From: Takakia lepidozioides
Taxonomy: Eukaryota > Plantae > Bryophyta
Reading direction: 5' to 3'
Length of the DNA stretch: 64,000 nt
NCBI GenBank assembly: GCA_030704615.1
Contig: CM060731.1
Location: 89,466,001-89,530,000 of the forward strand
Part shown: positions 1 to 13,100 of the stretch, in pieces
Layout of the letters: each line of letters starts with the position of its first letter
How positions within the stretch are numbered: position 1 is the first letter of the stretch
Notes under the pieces: generated by a model
The model's database searches: none
Told to the model about the DNA's origin: nothing
Seen by the model: the letters and a program-made list of their open reading frames with translations, nothing else
Program-made: the position numbers and the translations under genes

Positions 1-389
1 AGGCTCAATAAATTGTGTTTTGGTTTTGCTTCCATCTCCAAACTGTTTTTCAAGTTCTTTGCGCGTTCCCGTAAGTACAGTTACGGATTGCCTAGGATAG
101 GTCTTCGGATTGCGGAATTGAAAAATGTTTGTGTGTTGGAATGAATGTACTGCTTTGCCCAAAAAAAACGTTTGCTTTTAATATTCAGTTATCTAGTGGA
201 CGATCTCCACATTCCAAAATCATGACCTCAATCATAATTCATCCGCAAACCTGCCATTGTTCTCGGCCACAAAGAATATTCATGTGGGGGCCATGAAGAG
301 GGATAAAAAATTAGGACATAGACGACAGCTGATCCGCGGTAATAGGGGGGGGGTAAGCACGGAATTAGGGCTTGAACACGTGGATGCTT

Positions 390-1458
390 GCTGACGTGGC
401 GTGAGCCTAGCCAGGCTCACAGGCTCACAGGCTCACGCGGCCAGGCTCACGCGCAAGCATTCCCCCTGGCATGGGAGACATCTGTTGGTCTGGCGGAGCC
501 TTCGGGAAGTCCTTGGGCTCCGACTCCCCAGATTCTTCCCGTTCTTGAGCGGCCTCGCTTTCAGAAGCATAAATCGCCTCTTCCAATTGCCGCTTTGGTG
601 ACACGTCGCCCCCACCGGGCTCACCAGGATCATCATCTTTCGGGCCGTTCCGCTCTCGCTTTGTCTTGCCCGACCCCATGATGAGGCCGATCTCAAGGAC
701 GATCGCGTACTGAACTCTAGGCTCTGATACCAAGTGTCGCATACCTCACTTCGGTAAGCTCCCCTTCAAGTCATAGTTACTCGCTTTGATGCGCGCGCCT
801 AACTCCCAAACTGGCTGCCGGGCCAACTCGAAGCTTCGGCTGCTCACCGGGACATAACGGTCCCCATTTGCTCCTCCACAAGACCCTCTCTCAATTTGGG
901 CCTAGTGGAAATTCCCTTTGGTTGTTGGCAGTCCGGAACATCTCCCCACACCTTGGTCGCTTTCCGGCTCGCACGCTTACTCACTAGTTTTTGGTCACCA
1001 ACGGGCTTGCACCATTCTCGGGGTTACTACTCCCTATATATACTTCTGTGACTGTCCGCAGGGGTTTCACAAACAACCCAGTCATTTTATGGCGAACCAC
1101 CATGAAAACCCTCGATTCCCGGTGATGAGTCGCGGTGAGTCTTGGCCCACCCACCACGCCCCATTGGACCGTGATGAGTCCCAAGACTCCCCACGACTCC
1201 CACCACAAGGTTTCCGCCCCATGGTGAGTCCTATGCCACCCCCACTAAGACTCACTAAGCTACCACCACCCTTCGTGGAACCACCCCTACCGCAACCCGG
1301 TGTGCGGGGCTCCACCTAGTGAGCGCCTCCGCCTCCTTGAGTGCCTTGGGCACTCAAGGGTGCTTTAGCCCCCGTACCTATTGTTGCCACTGCCCCCACC
1401 ACAGGGGCAGCCCCTCTCGTGTCCCGACCCCTTGCCCTCAAGGCAAAGGGCCGCGAGA
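390..1458 (-). mobile_element. Truncated LTR retrotransposon: 5' LTR (735-1458), tRNA-iMet PBS (721-732) and the start of the internal region
   Basis: 735-1458 is near-identical to 6669-7456 and has tgtcgc...gcga(g)a termini. The minus strand reads TGGTATCAGAGC 2 nt after the LTR end, the canonical plant iMet PBS. A short gag-like start follows (ORF 425-742), then similarity is lost. Confidence 0.85.
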
Positions 1459-2859
1459 GCCGTTGCCAGACCCACACGTGGACATTTTGAATACGAAACA
1501 ACGATCTGCCTTAGTCCCTTGTCCTAGAAACCTACTTCCATGAATGTAGTCATATCCACATCGTCGCTTCACCTCCAGAATGGAGTGCATATCCGAGCCT
1601 CGTCCAATTCTCTGTTTGCAGGAGACAATATGGTTTCGGACATTCGGTGAACAGACGTGGGACACTGACTCTAGCAATGCCTCCATTTCCTTCTCATCCA
1701 GAGGAACTCTGTCGGAGCCATCTTCCGACATAATTCTGGCCAATGCCATCTTATGGGCGGCCTGTAGCTGTATTTGTTTGGGTTTGGCACCAGGTCTCAA
1801 CTTAACCTCCTCCTGAATGAGCTGCTCTGCCTCGTGGGCAGCCTCCCGCAAGTTCCCCTTCGCCAATTTGTGACAATGCACACCAACGTGTATGCAAGCT
1901 CGTGTGAGGTCAGGGAAACGGTGCAATACATAGAATTGATTGGAATTACAAACAGACATGCAATGTGGTGGTTCTTTGCAATGGGCACACTTAAATGTGG
2001 AGTTTGGAACCTTTTCCTGAGCTCAAAATGGTTGATGAGTTGTGCCTGTCCAATCCGTCTCGTTCCTGTGATCTCTGGATTTAAAGTGGAAGCAAGTTGG
2101 GGAGAAACACCGCAGCGCGCCCGCACACACAACGTAGCGCACCCGCACACCATCGAGCATCTTGATGCTGGTGGTTTTGGTGACGCACCAACGATGACCG
2201 TCATGTTTCCTATCCATATCTGTCAACAATCCGGATGCCCTCGAATAGTCCGTTCGAGGAGGGAACTCAAAGAAGATATTGCCGTCAACGTTTGCGGGAA
2301 GGCATGTCATGGATTTAATTGCGAACTTGCTGTAGTCCAGCCCAGCCAGCTCCGAGCGGTGTCCCTCCATGTGAAGCCCTCGCAGAATATCAAGAATGGA
2401 TGGAGTTGCTAAGCTCGTGCTGGGAATATGACTCCCTCGTCCGCTGATGTCCATTGAGGACTTGCCTGATCTCCAGGATGATCTTGGAACTTCCATGACC
2501 TCGTCTGAGTCGGACAGGTTGTGAACAACCCGGTTCTCGCTCATCTTCATTGATGGGGTCGGCTCTGGATTAACTTCGTTACGGAGTTCTCTCTTTGAGG
2601 TACCCACTCTTTGATTCGCGGATTGTTTCGTGGAAGGCGGCAGGATAGAAGGCGCATTTGGCGGGCAAATGAAGTCCCCAACAGCCCTATATATGACGTT
2701 GTCCGATGGTGGAACTCGCCATTCCCTGTCGTCGCTGAAATCATCGTGGAGCACAACAATACTTTCGACTACAACTCCATTTGAATCCTTCCTTTCCTCC
2801 TCCATGAATACTGACCCCGGTTTCAGGTGGTATCGAAAGCAGAGATATTTCTCCATCAC
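1459..2859 (-). pseudogene. Frameshifted transposase-like gene (Cys/His-rich GCM/WRKY-like zinc region, possibly MULE-related), cut off by the LTR at 1458
   Basis: ORFs 2023-2859 and 1438-1959 are colinear. They carry DGHRW..T, CAGALRC....C, CIHVGVHCH and FVFKMS motifs. The frame runs directly into the LTR terminus. Confidence 0.45.
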
Positions 2860-3189
2860 CCGGCAGATCTCCCCTCTGCATGGAAATGTAGCTCTATGCT
2901 CGTGAGGAGGGCATTACACTATAGCGCTCGAGTTTTCTGCCATGGGAGATGTGCACACAAGACTTCCAGGACGGCGTTCGGGCAAGCGCCCTGGGAGAAG
3001 GGGGGATGCAGCAAGGGAAAGGAATGCAGGGCCGATCTTACCGAGCGACGAAGCCTATTCACGAATCCGGGGAGCCCACTCTCCCAAAAATCCACTGTCA
3101 GAGTCTTAATGAACCTTGTCTCTGGAATGCGGCCCCTGGCCTTTGCGCAATAACTGCCAATGATATGCAGTCAGAAGGCTGAAATATAA

Positions 3190-4990
3190 CGTGGCCTCCA
3201 AAGTTACTTTAATTGGATGGTTTTTCATATCGGTTACGCCGATTCCAAACGGAAATAAAGTTGGAAACATGCACGCGATCAGTTTTGGGTTTGCATATTC
3301 GTTCACCATTTCGGTTTCGTGCGTGTATGACATGTACATGTTTTATTGTAGTTTCAATCCATTTAAAGCGTTGGAGATTAGGTCGTCGTGCTTTATGTCT
3401 ATTCCGTCGAAATCGATGAGTCCTAAGGTGTCTATGACGGGCTAGATCGTATCGTCGTCTTTGTTGATTGGTGTTTTTGTTGTTGTACAAATCAGTTATG
3501 TTGGTACGATGTTCAGCGTTGGCGAAGTCAATGTCCGTGGATTCAAACACCGATCTCAAGATTGATGATGGAATATCGATTTCTGGTAGTCCATCCAATA
3601 TGTCATTATCAATTTGAATGTCCTTGTAACCCGTGTGATTGTTTTTCAGCCATGTTAACCATGTCGTCACTGCAAGTCTACGTACGTATAGCAAATTACA
3701 TGTTTTCACGACATTAATGGGTGGATGTGAAGTACCGACGAAGTGGACGGCGACAATATCGGATAATGAATCTAAGGGTGGTGGCAATTTGTTCAGCAAT
3801 TCGACCGCACGACCTGGATTTTGAGCAAAACTCACCAAATTTCCTCTCAATGCGCGTTGCCCCTTTCCGCCCTTATTTACATATCGTAATTTGAACAACA
3901 TCACACGACAACGGTATCGTGCTATTAACGCTTCTTCAACCATGGTTAACTTTGGCAAAATGTTGTGAACTTTTCCGATCCACAAACCATTAGCGAGTGC
4001 AAACTTTGGCATCTTGTTATTTTTCAAGGTGGAACTGCAGTTTTTGCAAATGAAGATGGTACATGCAATATTTGATACTCCTCGTTTGTCCAATAACAAC
4101 CCATTTAATTCGTCCAACTGATGTTTTGTGTCATTGATCAATTCTTGGGGAACCTCTTCTAGGAGAACATGTTCTTCGAAGTGGTTTTCTACTTGTAGGC
4201 TTAGCCACTTTTTCATGTGTTTCAAGATGTCGCTTTGTAATTCATCGATTCGCCATTTCAACATGTTAGAGGTTGCTATGTCTCTGCTACAAACACAACA
4301 ATACTGATTGGTGAAAGTCGCATTGCTGATGTATTCGTTGAAGTTGGATAAACACAACAAGTTGTTCTCCAAACATATTTCTGGTGGGAAAAGATTATTC
4401 TTTGGTTTTTTTGTAGTAGCGCTATACAATTGCTCTCGTTTTCTTTTGAGTTTTTCCTTCTCGTCATTTTCGTTTTCGATATATTTTCGAAATTGTGTAG
4501 CACATGTTTGATCTTTGATCAGTGGATCTTGGATTTTCTGGAATTTGTATTTTGCCCTTCGTCTTCTTGATCGGGAGTTGATTGAGATTCGATTTCCGTG
4601 GCTTGTTGATTTCTGATCAATGGATATTGGGTTTTTTGGAATGTGTATTTTCCCTTTTGTTTGGCATTTGTCCCTTATGGATCGGGAGTTGGTTGAGATT
4701 TGATTTTTGTGGTTTGTTGTGGTTTTTCAAATCTGTATTTTTCCCTTCGTTTAGTATTTGTTTCGTCTGGATCTATTTCCGTGGTTTGTGGTGGATTTTC
4801 GAATCTGTATTTTTCACTTCGTTTACCATTTGTTTCGTCTGGATGTATTTCTGTGGTTTGTAGTGGATTTTCGAATTTGTATTTTTCCCTTCGTTTAGCA
4901 TTTGTTTCGTTTGGATCGGGAGGGATTCTATTATCGTGGTTTGTGGTGGATGTTCAAATCTGTATTTTTCCCTTTGTTTAGCATTTTGTT
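3190..4990 (-). mobile_element. Helitron RepHel N-terminal fragment (DUF6570-like domain plus start of the Helitron_like_N region), truncated
   Basis: ORF 3209-4429 contains CCVC, ICKNC, PKFALANGLWIG, LTMVEEALIAR, LRGNLVSFAQ and VRRLAVTTWLTWLKNNHTGYKDI. A frameshifted continuation has NEYANPKLIACMFPTLFPFGIG. These motifs are typical upstream of Helitron Rep. No Rep catalytic or helicase part is present. Confidence 0.8.
4510..4990. repeat. Degenerate ~60-bp tandem repeat upstream of, or within, the Helitron ORF
   Basis: Recurrent tttgtttcgtctggatctatttccgtggtttgtggtggattttcgaatctgtatttttcccttcg units. Confidence 0.75.
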
Positions 4991-5269
4991 TAAAGCATAC
5001 TTTCTCCGTCTCTTAGCATTAGCAATTTGTCTTTCCATATTAAACTAGAGTTATACACGTAAGTTTTTTTTTAAATAAATAAATAATGATATATTTATGT
5101 GTATATTGGCATTTTTTATAGAATTAGTAATGACCATCCATGTATAGATAAAATTGTGATAAATAAATGTTTAGATAGAAATCATTGTATTGATATAAAA
5201 TGAGTGTTTTAAATTGAGGACTAGCTATTCGGAAGGAAAATCTCAGTGGTTAAAAATTCAAGGGGAGAA

Positions 5270-8200
5270 GAGAGTTTGAGTCTCCAGGATGAAAGAGGAA
5301 AAAATTAAAAAATAATAGTAATAAAGGTTTCAAACCCGCCCCGCTCTCCCTCTTCGGAGAGAGTTTGAGTCCTCAGATAAAAATTGTTTCAAAACCGTCA
5401 TTCTCCCCCACCGGACCGGGCTCGAATCCCCTAGTGATGCTGCAAGATATGGTGGGTACAAGGTGGATTGTTCTATTAATCTAACAAGCTTTGGAAGGAC
5501 TTTGAGCCTGCGCTCGTATATGGGCGGGCAAAGATTGGATACTTTCTACACCTCAGAGGACCACACTTTGGCTTCTTCTCAAGAGGACTTCGGATCGGAT
5601 CTGGCCAGACAAACACCAATTCTACTTATAGAACGGGGTTTGGGTGTCTGGGAGGAAAGAGGAAAAAAAAAAAGGAAAAAAAAAAGGTTTCAAACCCGCC
5701 CTGCTCTCCCTCTTTGGAGAGAGTTCGAGTCCCCAGATAAAAATTGTTTCAAAACGGCAATTCTCCCCCACTAGACTAGGCTTGACTCCCATATTGATGC
5801 TGCAAGATATGGTCGGTGCAAGGTCGATTGTTCTATTAATCTAACAAGCCTTGGAAGGACTTTGAGCCTGCGCTCGTATATCGGCGGGCAAAGATTGGAT
5901 ACTTTCTGCACCTCGGAGGACCGCACTTTGGCTTCTTCAAAAGAGAACTTCGGATCGGACCCGGCCAGACAAACACTAATTCTATTTATAAAAGGGGGTT
6001 TGAGTCTCCAGGAGGAGAGAGGAAAAATGAAAATGAAAAGATAATAAAGCTTTCAAACCCGCCCTGCTCTCCCTCTTCGGAGTGAGTTCGAGTCCCCAGA
6101 TAAAAATTGTTTCAAAACCACCATTCTCCCCCACCGGACTGGGCTCGAATCCCCTAGTGATGTTGCAAGATATATAAGAGAGTAAAAATAAAAAATAAAA
6201 GATAATAAAGGTTTCAAACCCACCCGGCTCTCCCACTTCGGAGACAGTTCGAGTCCCCAGATAAAAATTGTTTCAAAACCGCCATTCTCCCCCACTGGAC
6301 TGGGCTCGAATCCCCTAGTGATGCTGCAAGATATGGTTGGTGTAAGGTGGATTGTTCTATTAGTCTAACAAACATTGGAAGGACTTTGGGCCTACGCTCG
6401 TATATCGGCGGGCAAAGATTGGATAAGAGGAAAAATAAAAAGGAAAAGATAGTAAAGGTTTCAAACCCGCCCTGCTCTCCCTCTTCAGAGAGAGTTCGAG
6501 GCCCCAGATAAAAATTGTTTCAAAACCGCCATTCTCCCCCACCAGACTGGGCTCGAATCCCCTAGTGATGCTACAAGCTATGGTCGTTGCAAGGTGGATT
6601 GTTTTATTAATCTAACAAGCCTTGGAAGGACTTTGAGCCTACGCTCGTATATCGGTAGACAAAGATTGTGTCGCGCACCTCACTTCGGTAAGCTCCCCTT
6701 CAAGTCATAGTTACTCGCTTTGATGCGCGCGCCTAACTCCCAAACTGGCCGCCGGGCCAACTCGGAGCTTCGGCTGCTCACCGGGACATAACGGTCCCCC
6801 TTTACGCCTCCACAAGACCCTCTCTCAATTTGGGCCAAGTGAAAATTCCCTTTGGTCGATGGCAGTCCGGAACAGCTCCCCACACCTTGGTCGCTTTCCG
6901 GCTCGCACGCTTACTCACTAGCTTTTTGGTCACCAACGGGCTTGCACCGTTCTCGGGGTTACTACTCCCTATATATACTTCTGTGACTGTCCGCGGGGGT
7001 TTCACAAACAACCATGCCATTTTATGGCGAACCACCACGAAAACCCTCGATTCCCGGTGATGAGTCGCGATGAGTCTTGGCCCTCCCACCACGGCCCCAT
7101 TGGACCGTGATGAGTCCCAAGACTCCCCACGACTCCCACCACAAGGTCTCCGCCCCCATGGTGAGTCATATGCCACCCCCATTAAGTCCCACTAAGCTAC
7201 CATCACCCCTCATGGAACCACCCCTACCGCAACCCGGTGTGCGGGGCTCCACCTAGTGAGCGCCTCCGCCTCCTTGAGTGCCTTGGGCACTCAAGGGTGC
7301 TTCAGCCCCCGTATCTATTGTTGCCACTGCCCCCACCACAGGGGCAGCCTCCACAGGGCACAGGGCACAGCCTGTCACAGCCCATCACAGCCCATCACAG
7401 CCTGTCACAGCTTGCCATATCCTGACCCACTGCCCTCAAGGCGAAGGGCCGCGATAGATTGGATATTTTTTGCACCTCAGAGGACTGCACTTTGGCTTCT
7501 TTGAAAAAGGACTTCGGATCGGATTTGGCCAGACAAACACTAATTCTACTTATAGAAGGGGATTTGAGTGTCCGGGAGGAGAGAGGAAAAATAAAAAGCA
7601 AAAAATAAAATGTTTCAAACCCGCCGTGCTCTCCCTCTTCGGAGAGCGAGTCCCCAAATAAAAATTGTTTCAAAACCGCCATTCTCCCCCACGGACTGGG
7701 CTCGAATATGGGAATTTGGTTGAAGGGCATAATCATAGCCCAACTGTACTCCCGTGCAGCAGATGCTGCAAGATATGGTCGGTGCAAGGTGGATTGTTTT
7801 ATTAATCTAACAAACCTTGGAAGGATTTTGAGCCTGCGCTCATATATCGGCGGGCAAAGATTGGATACTTTTTGCACCTCAGAGGACCGCACTTTGGCTT
7901 CTTAGAAAGAGGACTTCGGATCGGACCTGGCCGGACCAACACTAATTCTACTTATAGAAGGGGGTTTAGGTGTCCTGGAGGAGAGAGGAAAAATAAAAGC
8001 AAAACATTTCAAACCCGTCCTGCTCCCCCTCTTCGGAGAGAGTTCGTGTCCCCAGATAAAAATTGTTCCAAAACCGCCATTCTCCCCCACCGGATTGGGC
8101 TCGAATCCCCTAGTGATGCTGCAAGATATGGGTGGTGCAAGGTGGATTGTTCTATTAATCTAACAAGCCTTGGAAGGACCTTGAGCCAGCGCTCGTATAT

Positions 8201-8420
8201 CGGCGGGCAAAGATTGGATACTTTCTGTACCTTAGAGGACCGCACTTGGCTTCTTCTAAAGAGGACTTCGGATCGGATCCGGACAGACAAACACTAATTC
8301 TACTTATAGAAGGGGGTTTGGGTATCCAGGAGGAAAGAGAAAAAATAAAATAAAATAAGATAATTAAGGTTTCAAACCGGCCCTGCTCTCCCTCTTCGGG
8401 GAGAGTTCGAGTGCCCAGAT
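5270..8420. repeat. Tandem array of a ~360-bp unit (about 8 full or partial copies), interrupted by a solo LTR
   Basis: The unit start ggtttcaaacccgccctgctctccctcttcggagagagttcgagtcccc recurs at about 5327, 5686, 6049, 6210, 6457, 7611, 8006 and 8368. Confidence 0.9.
6669..7456 (-). mobile_element. Solo LTR with 5-bp target-site duplication GATTG
   Basis: Homologous to 735-1458, with termini tgtcgc...gcgata. gattg occurs at 6664-6668 and 7457-7461. Removing the LTR restores the array unit (caaagattggata). Confidence 0.92.
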
Positions 8421-9054
8421 GCTCTAACTAATGGCTTCAACCTTCAACAAGGGGAGGCCGAGTGATTACTCAAACTGGACCTTCACAGTGGCATGTTCAG
8501 TGGACGATTTGTTGGAGCCTGAATTATCAACCCACCCCACAACTATTAGTTTCCACACATGAAATGTCTAAGGAAGGCCAAATATGTAAGTTTTTTCAAG
8601 AATGATGCACATTTTGAAATAGTGGAGGAGTCAGTCAGAACGAGCTGTGAATTGTTTGTTGAAAAACTTCTATTGTAACTTTTATTAACATACAGTTATT
8701 TCTTCTCTATGGAACATTGGAACAGTACAACATATAAACAGTGAGAGAGTACACAAACAATTTCGTTGAAATGACACGTGTATAACTCGCTCAATTTAGT
8801 ATTTACAATGACAAAATTTTATTTAGTACCCGATCAAAATTCAGCTTTGTCTTCAAAATTGTACTAAGCTACGGCCGCAAAACTAATATGTATGAAACTA
8901 TGGTCTCTTCCATCCTGTAGACGTCTCGGAGCTCTACCCAACTGAATGGTTTGTTCATGAAGCGGAACACTACTTGGGCTAATGTGAGCCTCTCGGACGG
9001 GCCCGTGCTATTATACAACCTTCGTAGGGCGGAATCCCAACATAGTCCCGTGTA

Positions 9055-10154
9055 TTAATCCTTGAAAAGACTGGCATTATACGAATTGCCGCCATTTATT
9101 CTTACCGCTATCTTCCCGACTGCAAAGGCCTCCGAGGTCATGTCCCGGGTGTGCAGGTGTGATGCGCCATCCACATGGCTATTTTCCGTGTTAAAACCCA
9201 TGGCAATTTCAGGTTCCACCCACCATCTACGTTTGAGAGCCCGCGTCATTTTGTCTTTGTCCTCAAACTGGTACGACGAGGTTTTGCATATCTCCGTTGA
9301 GGTGGCCAACCCCCAATCACACACCCCAATCTTAATCTCTCGGTGCCATGTGGAAAATGCAACAAGATGTTGTCGGGGTACAAGTCGTTGTGCATGACAT
9401 GGTTCTTATGGACAACATCCATAATGCTCACCAGTGCCCATGCAAGTTTACTGCGCTCTCTCCGGAAATGAACCAAGCGATCGACTTCCTGGTACTCTTC
9501 TTCCGTTCCCAGTTGTCTCACAATCTCTCTGTTGTCCCAATCACTTCATCGTTTTTTGTCAAGGTTCAACATGTCGCGTATTGTTCCCCCATTCCACCAG
9601 TGAGTGTAACCCTCTCGCTCACGTGCATTCACAGCAAAGTATGTAATGACTCCTGCATGTTGGAATTTCACTGCCAAAGTCTCGTCGTTATGTTGTCTCA
9701 CCGCAACTTCTGGGTTTTTGGCCTTGGGTGTTTTCCCTGCTAGTCCCCAACTACACGGTATTCGTGAATCGCCAACAATCCTACACTTACAAACCCTGGC
9801 ATATCCTCCTTCTTTGTAGAGGCCACGCTGTTGGACCTGAGCACTTGTGTTTATGTAAATAAGACTTATTGTGCCTCCCCCGCTCGATGACGTCGCCTTC
9901 CAAGGGACTAACCTAGTCCGGTGATGTGCATTGGAGCTTGCCGTGTGCGCCCACCACTCGACAAGTTGATATAACTCGGTTTCCCAGCTAGGCATCTGAC
10001 CTTCGGTTGTTCTATCTTTCCATGTCCTCATCACATGCCTCAAATTCCACGTGGCGTCTTTTGCCCTACTCTCGAGCCACTGCAAGAATTTGGGCTTGTT
10101 CCTATTCTCCGTCCACTGATCTCCAGCCAAAGCCTTCCTCATTCTCCTCTCCAT
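9055..10154 (-). pseudogene. Intronless protein-kinase-like pseudogene (two frameshifts)
   Basis: Three colinear ORFs supply a Gly loop KEGGYARV, LAGK (catalytic Lys), HAGVI, WNGGTI, the catalytic loop HNDLYPDNILL, DWG (DFG equivalent), WWVEPE and SEAFAVG. Confidence 0.8.
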
Positions 10155-13100
10155 ATTTTGCTGAAAATACGAAACCCCTCGTGCCCATATCGGACATAAG
10201 CACTTTGCAGCCTTATCATGTCTTTTTCTTTGAAAAAATCAAATATCATTTTTTAAACCTTGTCTAATGCCTCTGGTCCCGGAGAGTGTTGCTTGTTGAC
10301 CTGGCTATCTTGCTCGTGGGCATGTTTCCTCCGACCCCCAGACGACGACCCCGGCCCAATATTTGAGTCCGCAGTCCCCGACATTATATAAACCTTTGCC
10401 CAGTGCAGGGGATGAGGAAAAAAATAGATAAGAGACGTGTGTTGGCGGTATCTTCGTGTTTTCTGCAAAAACGGGTCACATGAGATCCTAAAACGACAAA
10501 ATGGAATGGTGAACAGGGGCTGAAGAGGTGTGAGACTGACCCAATTAAAAAGCGACAAAACTTCTCGCTCCCCAAACAAACACATTTGCACACGTTGGCA
10601 GTGCCTCGCAACAAAGTCCGAAGACTACAGGAAGCCAAGGAACCGCACTCACGGAGGAGCAAAAGTGATCATAAAGGGGAGGGAGATGTTTATCCATGTT
10701 TGTGGATGCGATTCTCTTAACTCTATTGGGACACGTGGACCCTCAGGCCAGGTGTCACCCGCAGATTTAGCCCGCGGTTGCCCGTTTTTTTGTTGTGCAT
10801 GGGCGACCGCGAGCTAAACGTGACGGTCCCAGTTTAAGCACTATTAAGTTCTATATCGAAACTTCATTAAGAAATATTTTCTTTTGTTTTGAAATAATAT
10901 TCTGGGCGAAAGCAAAAACTAGAAGCGGATTATTTATTTTGTTCCTCGTTGAAGAAAGATCATCTCGTTACCATACAGGGTTACATGCTTGGAGGTTTAG
11001 AAGGTGCAACGACCTTGTGATTGCATTGCCTCAATTATTGAGTGATCTGAGAGGCAGTAAAAAATATATCTATATATTTTCATGTCCTTTATAAGATCTT
11101 GTAATAGTGATGCAATAATTTTGTTTCATGATCGTTAGAAGCAAAAAAAACCATCTGAATTTTTATTTCTTTTTTCTAAATCCTTCTTCTTCTTATTCTT
11201 GCTATCCCACTATATTTTTCCATATGCTAAACCTAAAGCTTTAGATTTATGTTACGGGAAGTTACCACGACTAAGATACAAAAGAATTAGATTCTAATTT
11301 GGATTAATACTGTGCAGTTAAATCAGAATTATTGAACAATTATAATCATAAGTAAATTTTGGTAATTCAAAATATTCAATCATTACAGGCTAGCCTATTA
11401 TCAATCGATTTATCCATCGATGATGTGAAACCGACAATGAACTAGAAACATAATGTATGACGAGAAACCTGTAAATACTGATTCGAGGATTTTTTGAGTT
11501 AAAAGGGGGAAAATACTTTTGACAAGAAAAAGGCTCCCTTACTTTGGATTGATCCTAGAAATTATAAACAAAATTGTTTGATTAAATTTATTACTGAATA
11601 GAGAATGATTTTATTTATTTATTTTTACTTTTTTCAGAACATGGGACAGTGGCCCTGGTTATTGAAGGGAAAAAAATAAAAACGAGACTGCGTTTGTGGT
11701 CCCTTAATTTCAGTTGGCTGGAGGGGGTTTATGAGTTTGGATCAGGGTTTAAATGTACTGAAATACAATGTTCATATCAAGGATGAGAGCTTCATGGCAA
11801 ATTGCAAGGCTATGGAGGAGCTTTCTGGTTTACCTTAGACAGCAAGTTGACAAGGTGTCTCCTCTGTTGTGAGAGAGAGGACAGAGCACATGCCTCCATC
11901 TTCAAGGACTTGCAAGTGGCTTTTGGCTAATGTGATGTTCATATGCTCGCAAATCTGGCGAGATGTGGCTGTTTGTTTTCGTGAAGAGGATGTATAAACT
12001 AGAACATAACGAGAAAAACTGGATTTTAAGTAAATCTAGACTTTCCAAAGTCCACGAATAACATTTATTTATTTATTTAAATTGAATAAAAAATCACTAT
12101 GAAAACAAATTTAAATGATTTTATTAAGTTTATTGTAGATGTTTAGTAAATATTGCTGTTCCCAGAGAATCCATACCCTGATCACATCCCTAATCTGAGT
12201 TGAAATCCTAGTTTTGGACAGTTTCACGGGTAGCACGGGAGACCTCCTGTCCATCACAGTTGCTGCAGTTTATTAGCCTATAAAAAAATGCCAAACATTG
12301 TCACTCCAAAAGTACAGGAGAATTATGACTGTTGTCTCAAGTTCGACATCTCTACTGAGGCAAGGGAGATCTCCCGATCTATGATTAGAACATAGTAAGA
12401 TAGAAAGACATCCCGTCGAGATACGTCCCAAAATGTCCAAAGTAATTTATTAGAGCATCACCAAACCAAATTTGTACAGCCATTGAGGTCCCTGGCTATG
12501 GGCACTAATCAACCATCACCATCCCATAGGACCCAAAACCATAGTCTTCGACTCAAACCAATCGTGAATGTCTCTATAGAAGCCAATTCATTCGAACAGT
12601 TCGGCTCCACTGCATCAGCCCTTCGACAGGACTGTCTATCTCTATCTATCATCGTCCTCGAGTCTCAGACCAGTTCCTCAACAGCATGGCTGTTCCGATT
12701 ATGTCTCATTCATGCAAGTCATATCTCCACGCACAAAACACATGCGGACTAGGACAGACGGGAGGTCTCCCCTCCCAAGCGATACACATCAGCAGTAGTC
12801 AAATTAAATTGAGGGGGAAACATGCACAAGTTACAACAACCCCCCAAAGCCATAAGAGAATGAGGGGTCTGACAGGAACAAGCATACATAGAAAGACACA
12901 AAGGATGGGAGGTCTCCCGTCCTTACTCACACTCTCTAGTCTACAAGAGTCTGACGGGTGTGATGACGAAACCAAAACATGCACATAGTCAGGTAGGAGA
13001 AATCTCCCGTGGTGATACCTCTCATAACGACATGAGTAATGAATTCCAAAACCGAACAAACACAGCCATGATGTCCATCGCCCTGACATGAAATGAATAA

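Noticed and set aside
1-345. Continuation of the 1459-2859 ORF or a 3' LTR on the far side of the first retroelement
   Set aside because: No second LTR, TSD or recognisable reading frame is visible.
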